Source: the human T2T-CHM13v2.0 reference genome, Homo sapiens. From it: DNA of 64,000 nucleotides. The DNA lies in the NCBI RefSeq assembly GCF_009914755.1, contig NC_060931.1; one strand, 5' to 3'. The position numbers were made by a program, and so were the translations under genes. The notes beneath the pieces are model-generated. The model was not told where the DNA came from. It made no database searches and saw only the letters and a program-made list of their open reading frames with translations. Of this stretch, positions 14,179 to 27,800 are shown piece after piece; the first letter of the stretch is position 1, and each line of letters opens with the position of its first letter.

Positions 14179-17100
14179 TAGCATGTTTCAGAACAGGCCT
14201 CCTCATCCCGTTTGTCAGGCTGGTATGGTTTCCCTAAAGGATTTTGCGGGAAATGTTTTCACCAAGTGTACTGCTAAGACCCAAAACGTTTTCAAGTACA
14301 ATTCTTTCTGTTGTTAAGTCCCGCTTTGGAGTGTTTTACACAGGTGTAATGGATAGCTTTTTTGCAGAGCTGGTAGAGAAGGGTGATTTAGGGCGCACCC
14401 ACCCAGACTGAGCCCCGTGTGGCTCTCACACCAAAAACCAGCCAAGGCCACAGTTACAGAGGCCAGTCTGGGGCTGTTACCAGATTTTAGACAGCAGCCT
14501 TTCTCTTTGAATTAGACAGTTAAAGTACAACCCACATAATCTGGAGTCTTGACAAGATCATCATAGGCATAAACGCTCTATCATTCTCAAAACAGTCTCA
14601 GCCTGCAAAGTTCAAATCCACTAAAGTTTGGTTAGATCCTCTGCCTCCTGAGAAATGGTCCTGGGTGTTTCATTATCCAGCAGTCCCATAATTCTACAGG
14701 GCAGAGGAAGAGAGGGCTCTTGGCCGGCCTGTCATGGATCATGTTTGCCTACAGTGTGGTCTATACAACATGACATGGCACAGGTCTCCTTCATACCGTC
14801 CAGTTGGGGATATTTGCTGTAGCATACTGCATGAGACTTCGGAGGCGAAAGGTTGATGGCTTTTGTCCTTCCCCTCAAGGAGCTTCCTGCCCCAGCCAGC
14901 CACCAGCCAGGGCCCTTCTCCAAGCAGCAGCCTCTCTAAGCCGGTGCCCTGGGGGATGGCAATGCCTCAGACCAGCTACTCCTCACCCACCCTGGGTAGC
15001 AGGATAAGGAGGAGCCTCCCTCAGGGAGGCAGACGTGTGTTCTTTGTGAAATATCTGCAGCGGCCCAGGCCATCTCTTCCCAAATGTGATGCGTGTATTT
15101 GATGGTTGAGGGTTTTAGAGGCTGCTCATTGTGTCCATCTCTTTATCACACATTTACTGAGCACCCCTGGGTGCCCATTCTGCACAGAAGACCTCAGGTG
15201 CACACAAGGAAAGCACCAATGTGTTACAGGAGGCATGACAGAGTGTCTGAGGGGACAGTGGGAGCATAAGGAAGGGGACAGTGGGTCCTGGGGTGGAAAG
15301 TCAGGAGAGACTTCCCATAGAAGGGAGGGGCTTCTGAAGTACATGCTGGAAGGCGAGTGTCTGAGGTTTGCTTTAGAGACATTCTAAACTAGTGTGTGAG
15401 TCGGCAGTAATCCCAGAGAGGGGTGCGGCACCCATGTTGGCAAGAACTCGGTCTCACTCCTGGCAGGTGGTCCCTGCAGTAGTTCACCCAGTTGGCTGGA
15501 GACAAAAAGGAGAGGAGTCACAGGGGCTGGTGCATCACCTCCTCTCCATCCTGACCTCCTTCCTGGCGGTGCACATGGAGAAGGATCCCCACATGCTCGC
15601 CATCAGAAAATTGTCATGATTTGGGTGATTTGACTTCCTAAAAACTTCCAAGAAAGGAGCTATACCAAGCTGAGGAGTTGCTTGCCCGAGAGGGCGGGCA
15701 GATCAGCAGGGGGGCCATGGAGTGGGACACTTGCCTTGTTACAGAGGGACAGGGAGAACAGGTGGTTCCCCTGAGATAGGAAGACAGTAGCATGACGGTG
15801 AGCATCTTTAAATGTTCACATGGGTGATGAGCATGTATGGTGGTCCCACCTGGAGACAAAGGTGGTACCTGGGCCTGATAAGCAAGGCCCATGGAGGCCT
15901 CAGCTAAGAGAACTGTGCAGTCTGTCTGCCATGCTAACCAGTGGTCTAGGAAGAAGCTTCACATCTGTTGTTTCTAAGGAGCCATGTAGACATAGACACA
16001 GTTGGCAGCAATATTGCCTTGGGTTAGTGGGAAGCACCACTTCCCATGTCAGTGGAAAACACAGACACTCATTCTTAGGTTGACACCAACCATAGGTCAT
16101 CATCACTCCTAGATTACTCTGATTGCAATGGAATCTCTCATGCCCATCAGTCCTTAAAAGCAGAGCTGCTCTCTTTCCTTTCTTGTTGTGGAGTTAGGAA
16201 CATGTAGTGGAGTATTTTATGTTATTCTGGCTCCAGGCCTATGTATTTCATTTGAGGCATGATGGTTTCCTATTCTAAGTACCACTAAGTATTGAGTAGT
16301 TATAAAATGGTGGTAGACTTTGGACTGTGTATTTCTATTCTGGATCCACGGATGAGCAAGTGGAGAAAACCCATCATGGATGCAGGGCTGCTGGGGATCT
16401 GTCTGTCCGAAAATGCTATAGAGACACACACTGCTCTTGGGGAAAAAAACAGTGATGATTTCTTCAAAATGATTTCACTGAAGTGAAATAAGGACTTTGG
16501 CCTTGCTCTGGCAAATTCAAATGTGGCCACACTCTACTCCATTGTGGAATGGTGACTCCCCTGTCCCATGAAAAACCAGGATCAACATCACAGCTTTCTC
16601 TAGCAACTGGTGGTGGCCTGAGGTCTTATGAACTAGCATGTTAGCAGGGATAGAGTTAGGGAATTTGTCCGATGCTGACAGCAAGAGGGTGCTGGGGGAG
16701 CTGGAGGGGTGGAGAAGTGATCTCCCTTCCTGCCTCATGGCTTCCTTTGGAAGTTGCAAGCTTAGAATTTCTTTCCCAAAGAATATTGGACTATGCTTCA
16801 AGAGACACTTGAGTTCAGTTGCTTACAGTGAACATACTTCTTATGTTCCAGAGTTAAACTCAATCATATTTTCAGAAAAATAGATATTCAGACATCATGT
16901 CATATTTACAGGAAGCTATTTGATCATGGAATTTACTGAAGTGACAGCTTTTTCAGGAAAGGGTATCGAGTGGTTATCTATATCCTATTAATTTCTAAAA
17001 GCAATGCTCAATAAAATGTGCAATTTTAGGCAATATTCTGTGTTTCAACATTATTTCCTTATGTTGGGGGTACATCACTTTATATAGATAAAGAAAGATC

Positions 17101-17500
17101 CTTTTCATTCTCTATTAAATGGTCGAGAAGTCAAATTTTGGCTTTCATGTTGGTCTTCTTACTGTAGCTTCTGTTCACCTAAGAAAGAGATTTAACCAAC
17201 ATAAGCTTTGGCTAAACCATTGTACCAAACATTTCTATTTGGATGCTCTTAACTTTTATACAATACTTTGAAATGTGTTCAATAAAACAACATGAGAAAG
17301 AAGTAGAAGATTCTGCTATTAGGTTGGAAATTGATATTCCTTACATAAGTGATTAAAGATACTTTATTCAGTTTATCCCTTAAAATGGTATCTACTGAAG
17401 TCCTTAAACTTAGGCATGATATTAATTCCTGGCTAGTCTTTCTTTTTCCTAAAATATCACTCAATAAAATCCAAGAAGGACTAAAACTCATTATATAGAA

Positions 17501-17708
17501 CTGCACTGCCCAATACAGCAGCCACTAGCCACATGCAGTATTTTTAATTATAATAAGTTAAAATTAAACAAAATTAAAACTTCAGCCCTCAGTGGCACTA
17601 GCCACACTTTTTGTGTCCAACAGCTACATATGGCTGGTGGCTGCCATATTGGACAGCACTAATAGAGAGCATTTCTATCATCATAGGAAGTTCTGTTGAA
17701 CAAGGCTG
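17501..17708. mobile_element. MER3-type hAT-Charlie MITE
   Basis: gcactgcccaata...gccactagccacatg...ccatattggacagcac...gaagttctgttgaacaaggctg. Confidence 0.8.
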
Positions 17709-17779
17709 ATCTGGAAGCTACACCATCCTAAAGCTCTTTGGCAAGAAAGCAGAGCTTTTCCATAAGCTCGGTTTATGAA

Positions 17780-18005
17780 CAATATATTTTGTATTTTCTA
17801 TGTATATGTATATGAGAATACGTATACATAGAAATATATGAAAATACATATACATATAAATATACATATACATAAAATAGAAATACATATACATAGAAAA
17901 TACAAAATATTTTGTATTACATATACATATGCATGGAAATACAAAATATTTTGTATTATATAATGCAAATATAAGATATATTTATATTATGTAAGAAAAT
18001 ACATT
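17780..18005. repeat. AT-rich (TACATA)n-like low-complexity tract
   Basis: Repeated atacatat and aaaatattttgtatta units. Confidence 0.75.
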
Positions 18006-18485
18006 TGTGCAATAAAACGCTTATTTCATTCAAGCATATTTGTCCAGCATGGTTTCTTAGAGACTGAAGTTACCCAGTTTAGCACCTGGAACTGAATTCA
18101 CTCTGGCTGTGTTAGATGTAGCACCAGCGTCATGACAGATCCAGCCCACAGCATAGACTGAGGCCTACTCTGGAGGCAAATCTGCAGACAATGTGGCCAA
18201 CACATGGGCCTTCCTCACATCTCTGTCCAGTCGCTGGCATCCACGTTATAACACAGCAGTGGCTCGTTTTCTCCAGTTAAAGGCTAGGCTTCCGTGATTG
18301 AAGCAGGAGAGAATTTGGTAGTCAGTAAAGTAGACAAACTAAGACAAAACAAGAGTCGCATGAGTTCTTGGTACAATTAAAGAAACCCTTGGCCACCAAC
18401 GTTTTTAAATTCAGGAATTTCACCAAGTCCGTAACAGTTTTAGCTCTCAAGGGTAGAATTTTTTTTTTAACTTTTTTGGTAATAA

Positions 18486-18830
<345 letters not shown>

Positions 18831-21639
18831 TAGCATCAGTTTCACCAGAAGCACGTTGTGCTTCCCAGCTTTCTAGGTCCTCATCTGACCAGAGAGAGCT
18901 TGATTTTAAAACCCTTCCCACTTCCAATCGGGAGAAACTCCTAGGATAGCAGTGACCTTGAAAGTTTTGGGGTTGTTTTTTGGATGTTGGTGATTTTAAA
19001 ACAACAACAAAAAAAACACCTCAAGTAGTGATATTTCTTTGTAAACAAAATAAAATGTAAAATATTGTTTTGAAACAATTTTTTAACAAAGTTGATCAAA
19101 TAAGAACTTTCAGGCTGTGATTTTAAGCATCAGTTCAGACTGAGGGCAGGGTATCCACTCCTGCATGGAGTGTGAGGTTGAAGTTTGTTGGAAGCCCCTG
19201 GTAGTTGATAATATTGAGGTTGTTGAAGGATGAGAGGAAAGGTCGCTTCTTTCTTAGGAGCTGTGATGCTCCACTGTATTGCATAACGAGATAGCACTTG
19301 ATTCAGACCCCAGAGCCTGTAGAATAAATGATGTGGAGAGAGTATTGAAAAAGGCTGGATTTATCTGGGGGAATGGCAATGTTATAAAAGGTTCTTCCCT
19401 AATTTTTTAAGAGATAAGCAATTTATAAAGAGATCAAATAAAACTAATCTCTTTCAAAACAGTATTCATTTAGCACTACCCCTGGAAAAATCATCACTAG
19501 ACTGTGAGTCGAAATTTAACGAATGGAGGAAAATTTATTAAGCCTCATTCACCTTTCGGACTTTAACAAATGGTTCAAAAGGGAAAATTCACCAGAGTAC
19601 CCTCAGATTATTAATGGCAGATGAGAGCAGGAAAAAAGAATGTTGAGAATGGCTAAAAATTGATTCCAATTAGTCTTGGCATGGAGAGGCAACATCTCAC
19701 CTGGCCAGAGCCCTGCAGCCAGAGTGCTGTCTCCTCTGCCAGTCAGCCAGGGATCTGGGGCTTACAGGCGATTCCTCCAGGCCTCAATCTTCTCACCTGT
19801 GAAATGGGAAGATACCATTAAATTGTCATTTGGCTTCTTTCAAAATCTCAGGTCTAGAATGGAAAGGCATTGAAGGTGAGTGGAAGAGAAGAAACTGGAT
19901 GTTAAAATAATAATAATGTAACAGTTATTAATTCACATGGCCAGACCCCAGGGCAGAAGACTAATGGACGAGAGGATGATTATGTTCCTTTGAAATAAAA
20001 TGTCAACATTCAAATATTGTTTTTTTCTGTAAAAAATAAGTGAATGGGTCTTGGAAGGAAGTGCTCCTAATGATGTAGTTTACATATTAATGCTTAATAA
20101 ACCATTTTATTTACTCAACAAATATTCACTGAGGACTTATAATCAATAATACCAAGCCCTATTGAATACAGTAATCTAATATACACATAGAATTGAAAAG
20201 ACAAAATGAACAAAAGAAACAGACAGTATATCATTTCTGTTTCCTCCACTGTTTTCATTACTAAAGAAACAAGCTGCAGTACACAGCCGGCTGAGAGCTG
20301 CTTCCGGGGGAGCAGGAGAAGCAGCACTCATTTCACTGAGACCTGGGTTTGAGTTCTCTGTTTTTGAATGTGACCCAGAGCTCATCGCTTAAATGCGACT
20401 GATAATTCGTGCCTGGCCACCCTCATAGCAGCGCTCTGAAAGAAACATAAAGGAGTGGATACACGTGTGAGCAGGAGCCTAGACATGTGTCAGGTACTTA
20501 CCTAAACATGGATGTTTAGGTCACTGACATACTGACACCATCAAGCTAATTCTTCTCTATTGGTCTCTATGTCAGTAAGGCTACGTGCCAGTAATGTGTA
20601 TTAAATATTACCCTGTGGTGAGTATCAATTTCACCCTAAAATGTTCATTTATTCCCTTTGGTGGTTAAGTTACTTGGACTACCACAGTGATGCCTCTATG
20701 TCCCCACACTCAGGAGGTATGAAAGCGTCTCTAGGAAGGAGCAGTGGTCTGGTCTCAGTGTGGCAGCAGACAAAGCCAGGCTCGCACTTAATTACATTGA
20801 ATTATTTCTGTCTGGTATGGCCTCAAAAGGTGCAAAATGATCATAAATATCTTTCGACAGTCACCTTTGGTTTTTGCCCTTGCCAGCACCTGGCCCTTGT
20901 AGGTGCTGCTGGTTTAAGGAACTTGGAGTATTAAGGGGATCCATAAAAGGACTTTGACAGAAGTCTTCCTGAACTGTGCTTAGGGCCAGGAAGGCAGGCA
21001 GGGGCTTGGTCATTTCAGCTGTGCTGTACCCGGATGAGTGGAAACTGTGCCTTCTGATGCATCTCTCCTCCTCTGTTCCCCTCTAAGAACCCCTTGTCTG
21101 TGCTCAGATGGATGAGCAAGTAGTCTCTTCTCCCACCCCAAAAACCTCCTTAGATTGGGTGGATTCAGTAAAATCAAAGCCTCAGTTAGGCAATATAGGA
21201 AAAGATGAATTTTTGTGAATATAATTTTCTTTAGTAAAAGGCTTTTGGTCACCTCTTATAATTTCTCAATGTCTTTATGGAAAAAATAAGTTTCTCTTGA
21301 GCCTTTGGTGCACAAACAGAGTCACCAGCCCTTGGAGGTGCATGCATCTAATGACAGAGCAGCCTGTGACTCGCGAGCATCAGGCTCACTTGTTCCTTGC
21401 TGTGATTGTCTCTGGGGGGTGGAGGCTTTTGGGAGGCCCTGCGCCATGGTGCAGAGGAAGACCCCTGACCTCTGGGAGCCCTGGGCAGGCTGTGGGTGTG
21501 GCTTGGCAGAGAAGGATGGACATGTCAGGAAGCATATTAGCTTAATAGATGAAGTGTGTGACCAGTGTAATTGGGTTTTATGGATTTATATTTATCTTGC
21601 ATATAAATCAGGGTGTGGCCTATATATGTTTGCCCATTT

Positions 21640-22320
21640 AATAAAAAACACATATTCCAAATGTTAAAACATAAAATATACCAGCAACAATAGCCAATTT
21701 GAAATATATGTTTTCAAAGTAACATTCATAATAGCAATGAAGACATAAATACTTAGAAATGAAGAAAACCAGCAAGCCATAGTGAGGCAAGAAAGAAAAC
21801 ATGGGAGATTGGAGAGGTAGAGAGGTCTGGATGCCGTCCATGGGCCTCTGCCCAAATTAGTGTATCATTTCAACATAAAACTGGCTTGTAAATTTTACTG
21901 GAATCTGGTAACCATGTATCATAAAGTATCTGGATATATACATGAGATAATTGGCAACTTTTTAAAAGAAGAATAATGTCAAGTGATGTATGAAAATGTA
22001 GCTGAAATGGATGGAACTCTTTGAAGAATAGACAAACAAATCAATAATAGAGATGGATACCCTACTGAAGACCCCATGATAAATCAGCATGAAATATCCG
22101 AGGCAGGAGGAAGCATAAGGCAGGAACGGTATTGGAAGAATTGATCAGGCATTTAAGATAATCAGTTTACATTATCATCTCCTTATACACTAGGATAAAT
22201 TGCCGGGAAATGAAAGAGTTATATTTTTATAACTCCAACCACAATAACTGATGTAAATATAGATCCAGCTATGCAGGATACAAAGTTGTATCTTCAATTA
22301 TGGAAAGAGATGACATAGAA
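21640..22320 (+). mobile_element. Old L1 (L1M/L1ME-type) ORF2 3' region fragment
   Basis: A-rich, with L1-like motifs such as gaatagacaaacaaatcaat and ccttatacac...ataaatt. Very diverged. Confidence 0.5.
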
Positions 22321-22878
22321 CAATTGAGAATGACTAGAAATGGCCCACACATCAGCATTTACCTCCATAATTTCTAAATTTTCTACAGCAGTCAGGGGTG
22401 CTTTGATTTTCAGGAGTTTGTTGTATGCTCAGGGATAAGGGGCTCTGGGTTTTTCCTCCACATTGCCCAGATCTGCTGTAGGCTCTTGGGGGCCACATTT
22501 TTGTATCTCCGTTCACTGTGCTGGTCCATGAAGTCAGATGTTAGATCACACAGTTCTTTGCGTCTCAGAGGGCTGCTGTTAGGGACTGACTGAGGTAGCA
22601 GATTTGGGAGTATTATGAAAAGTTAAAAGGACTTGTCAAAGGGACATCAATACTTAATCCCAGTCCAGCCTCTGGTGATGGTGGTGGTGCCTGTGCATTT
22701 GGACTTAAAGAGGATGATGTGTGGTGAGCAGCTGTTGGAGGAAGAAGCATTTGCAGGTGGCTGGTCATTGGCATTGCTCCGGCTGCCTCTGCCTGTCTGG
22801 AAGTGTTGCTGGGAAGATTAGAATTAATCTCTAGGAAGGGCCTGGCTCTTGTAGGCACTTAACAAATGTCAGATTTAA

Positions 22879-23088
<210 letters not shown>

Positions 23089-23739
23089 TAAATGTTTGCT
23101 GTCTCTTAAAAAAAAACTATGTGGGTGTTTTAGATGCAAGTAGAAATGAGTTGAGGGTGGAAGAAAGGGAAAAAAATCTTATTTTTTCAAAAGGAAAAAT
23201 TGGTAAGCTTAACATTCCTTAAATATCTTAGAATTTTTTCCAATAAGTATCTTAAAAATAACAAACCTCCCATCAGTTTTTCCTAGATTTGATTTTGCAG
23301 CATCTGGGGCCTGCCCTGTGATCTGCCTGTGGACATCGCTCTTAGGGGCGGCTGCACCAGCGTGCACAGGGTGGAGAGTTTGGGCCTGGCTCGTCCGGGG
23401 GACACCACACTGCAGGACACTCCAGGCCTGGCCGGCTTCTCAGAGCTTCAGATCCTCATTTTTCATATGAAGCTCCTAATGCTCCCCTTATGGGGGACTC
23501 TGAAGGGTTAATGGGAGGAATCATACAGTGACTGACCCCTGAGAAGTGTCCAGTGAAGACAGGGCTTAGCTAGGATTGCTGTTTTGCCTAATGCTCTGCG
23601 GGATTAAAAAAAAAAAAGAAGAAGAACAAGACCATTCGTCTCTCTAGGAGCATTGCCCAGAGTAGGTATTAGACACACCAACACCACCATCCAGCCAGAC
23701 GCTGCAGGGACAGTGAGCCAGGGTCCGAGTGGAAAGGCG

Positions 23740-23900
23740 CTAGGCTTGGGAACCAGCTCAGAGTCAATACAGAGCCACCGCCACTCACCAACTCTGTCAG
23801 CTTAGTAAAATGGCTCTGCCCCTAGAGCCCTGGTTCCATCCTTTAGTATCTCACAGGGTGATTGTGAATATCCCATGACTCCAAGATTGAGAAAACGTTT
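23740..23900 (+). mobile_element. MIR fragment
   Basis: gccactcaccaactctgt...tatctcacagggtgattgtga. Confidence 0.55.
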
Positions 23901-23949
23901 AGAATCCCTCGGTGTGAAGGTTAACTCTGTCCGGAAAGAGGACCAGTAA

Positions 23950-25400
23950 AAGCTTCATGAGGCTGAGATGCACTTTGGAAGAGGAATAGAGTTTCAGCAC
24001 ATTCTAGGTGTTGGAGGAATGGGGGAATCTAGGCAGATGTTTAAAATCAATGAGAAACCAGAATGCTGACCATGAGGGTTGGAGTGGGGGCCTAAGGACA
24101 TGACGGAGGAGCAGGGTGTGTTCCCAGCTTAACTCAGGTACCCATGGGGAAGCAGGAAAAGTGAAGGTGTCCTAGGCAGCTCTGCCACAGGATGAATGGC
24201 TTCAGATGCCAGGTGAGCGAGGGACCCTTCATTCAGTCAGCAGGAAAGAAGCACTGGCATATTTTTTATGAGAACAAAGGCTAGGATAGTAAAGACAGCA
24301 AGTACCAAAAAATGACTGGAAAAGGGAGACTGTGGAGGCAGTGGCAGCAGGCATGGAAAGAAGGGCTTGTGAAGGGGAAGGGGTGGTGTCAGAGGAACAT
24401 AGGGCTGGGGGCAGGGATTAGGTGAGGGAAACCATGAGTCACACTGATTCTAGAGTAGTGTGCCCTTGATGAAAAGGATAACACCAGGTTCTAGGAAAAG
24501 ATGGGGTTCTGTTTTTGACGTGTTGATTTTCAAGGACTTCTGGTGTTTGTGACACATGGGGAAATTGTGGTGGGAGAGAGGTGGGGCCAGAACAGGGGCT
24601 GGTGAGGCCAAGGGTCCCAGAGGGCACCTGTTGACCTGCAGGATGACATGAAGGGGGAAGGACAGAGGCAAGGCCAAGTCCTGGGCACCAGCCTCCCTCT
24701 TGCAGCTTCAAATAGGGCTCCATTTTGACCTTTTGATTAATTAGAGGTTTGTCATAGGTTGGGGGTTGAGAGGAGCAAGGGAGAGAAGGATTCAGTGTAC
24801 AAAAAGAATGAAAGCCACTGGCTGAGCCAGTGGGGAGTTGTCCACACACACATGAGCCTTTGGACCATGAGAACGAGGGAGGCCTTGCCTTCCTGAACGG
24901 AGTAGGAGTGAGGTCCTGTGCTGAGCGTAAGCAGTGGGATTCCCACAGCACTGGGCACAGAGCCCACGGGCTGCCTCCTGAGCAGCCAGCATCTGCCTGG
25001 GGTGGACACAGTGACAGAGAGATGGGTGGTGACTGGGGTATGGGCAGAGATAAGGCAGCAAGTGTGTGCAAGGGGAGTGAAGGGTTACTGACCTTAAGAA
25101 GCAGGGATGGCGTCCTCTGTCAGGTGAGGAGCCTGGAGAATGCTTTGGTGAATGAACGTTTGCAGCCCCTTTTAGCTTTTGGAGACTTGAAACCAAAGGA
25201 GAAATTCATCTGTGAAACTCTACTGGAGCCACTCCCCAACCCCCACCCTTGTGAGACCACAATGTGGGCGTTGGCTTGAGATGCTTCTGTGTTAGTAGAA
25301 GAAATAAACAACACAGTGCTCTGATGAGGCAAAGCGAAGATGAAAAAGGAGTTCCCAGGGGACATAGTAGGAACAGTGGACGAGGGTAGCAGAAGAGGAG
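23950..25400 (-). mobile_element. Fragmented antisense L2
   Basis: GA-rich sequence typical of the L2 antisense strand. Boundaries approximate. Confidence 0.35.
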
Positions 25401-26889
25401 TTTGGAGCAAAAGACTCACAAGCAGCTGCATAATCTGTTGGTGCTTGGCAGTTCATTTGTAAAAATGATGCCTCTTCCTGCCCTAAAATACCTACCTTAC
25501 CCCCGCTTCAACTTGATGAGATTTCCATCAGTCACTCCCAATGTGTCACAGCTTCTGCAGCCCTAAAATTAAAAGGTGAGTGAGTCTCTGAGGCCCCTCT
25601 CCACTTCTCGGATGCTGAGTTTAGCCTTCATGTGAATGTGGAAAGACTAGGAATACGGCTGTTATCACACAAGCTGGCCCAATAGTGGTTCAGTTGAGAG
25701 AGCCCCATCCTTCAGAGTCAGCTCCAGCTAGGAGTGACTGGTGGCCTTGAGCATGGTGCTGGGCTTAGTGTTGCCATCTGTGGAATGGGTGTGGGTCTGT
25801 TGCCCTGCCTCCTCCCAGAGCTATTCTGAGGCTCAGAAGGGGTGATGGATGTGATGGTGCTCCCAACACTAGAAAGCATCTTAAGAATGTAAGATTTTCA
25901 TGATGACTGTTGCTCAGAGTGGCTATTATAGTTTTGCTTTATTGTTCTATAACCTATGATTAAAATTTTTACCTTAAACTTTGACGTGAGTGTGAATAAG
26001 TATTTGTTTTGCCAGCAACATTCCTCACCACTGGGGCCATTAAAGATCTCCCCCTCTGAGACCATCAAATACAGGTCAACAGGACTGATTAATCTAATTA
26101 GAAAAGGGCTTGTATTAAATAGCAATGATAATTGTTGTTTTTAGTCTGTCTGGTGCTTGACTTGGGAACGTTTTTAAAATAGAGAAAAGCACAAAGAGGA
26201 AAACAACAATTACCAATATTCCTGCTACCCATTATAATTATCTAGGTATATTTTCTTCTTTTGTAAGAAAAAGAAACCCTGTTATATTGTTAAAATAACA
26301 CAAAGTTAATATAAAGAATTTTAATGCAAAGATTAATGTTTTCAAATCACCACAAAACCCAACATCCAGAAATTACCAATATTAAAAGTAGAAAAGTATC
26401 ATTCTAAATATTTTCTGTTGCATATGTATGTGAGTGGATAGGCTGATGAATTAGGTGGATTGATGGATAGGTAAATGTGAAATAAATACTTTCATAAATA
26501 TTCCAACTTATCATACATGCCTTAAATTCAAGAGGTGAAAAAAGACCCAAACAAAACTAGAGAAGCGGCTTATTTTAAATATCCTCTGACATAAAGGAAT
26601 ATTATATTTAAAGGATCCTCTAAGATTAAAAATATGTATTATGAAAAACATTAAGAAATTTGAATTTTTTTTAATCCATTTGTTTCAATTTAAGCAGCAT
26701 CTACTGGCTCACTGCTTTGAAAAATAAGGACAGTATTCCAGTTCACATTCAGTGTTCCAGTGTTCACATTATCTTATTATTTTTACATTGTCCAGCTTTG
26801 TAATATTCACATTCTATTCTGTAATCATAATTCATAGTAGTTTAGTTATTTATTACTAACTCTATTTAAATAGATTCAAGGATCAGACC

Positions 26890-27800
26890 CTGCCCTTTTC
26901 TTCTTATTTATGTTTATTTTGATTAATCTCTTAATTGATTGGACTTTACATTCAAGCAACTTTTTTAAAAAAAAGTTTCTATAGATGTTCTATTTCTATC
27001 ATTGTATTGTTTTTGAGGATGTTGGCCTGTTGCCTTTGTATTTGATGAGCATTTTGACAGAGTCTATGGTCTTGGGCCACTCTTTCTTTTTCTCCCTTGA
27101 GAACTTTTTAGATTTTGCTGATGGCATTGCTTGTTGAATGTTGCTGTGGAAACATCAAGTCTAGTGTAACTGTTTCTTCTTCAAGGTGATTTGCATTTTA
27201 TTCCTGAATGCCTGAGGGTTCTTTATTTAACCTTGAAGTTAAATACCCTAATTAGGATGTATCTTGGTCTATTCATTCGGAATAAAAAATTCCTGCCATT
27301 TTGTCTAGAGAGTCCCTTTTTTTTCTCTTTATTTCTGGGAAATTCTCTTTTATATAAATATGTTTTGTTCCATCTATTGTGATCTCTGTTGAGGGATACC
27401 AGTTGTCCATATGTTAGATAATTTGTCTTCCATATCTGTTAACAGTTCTTAAAGTTTTTTGTTTATTTCTTTGTCTATTTTTACATTTACTCACTGTTCT
27501 CTTGTGGTTTTCCTCTGTCAGTAATTTAATTTTTAGTAGTTCCTGTTCTATTACTTGCTATTTTTAATCCATGCATTAATTTTATAATAATATTATTTTG
27601 CTCCTTATTTTGTCTCCTGAGACCCGAAATCTCTTTTTTCCTCTTACTCTGTTGCTTTTGCATTTTATTTTGAATACTTTTAAAATTGATTCCATGTTAT
27701 GAAGCAATTATGAGGCATTTCCTCTCTTGTTGGAATTAACGATTTTTTCCCCTAGGAGGGACTCTATGGTCTGTGTTTTACTTCCTTTCTTCCCCTGTAT
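26890..27800 (-). mobile_element. Ancient L1/HAL1 ORF1-region fragment, antisense
   Basis: T-rich on +. The minus strand reads tttccacagcaacattcaa...aaaagttctcaagggagaaaaagaaagagtggcccaaga, resembling the ORF1 'STATFNARRQW' region of old L1M/HAL1. Confidence 0.65.
27110..27148 (-). other. Cryptic 23-bp-spacer recombination signal sequence (intron 7 deletion breakpoint)
   Basis: Minus strand: heptamer CACAGCA (27148-27142), 23-nt spacer, nonamer GCAAAATCT (6/9 to ACAAAAACC). Confidence 0.75.

Noticed and set aside
24439-25279. Overlapping ORFs of 134-210 aa in intron 7
   Set aside because: They lie in strand-skewed, L2-like sequence that is naturally poor in stop codons.
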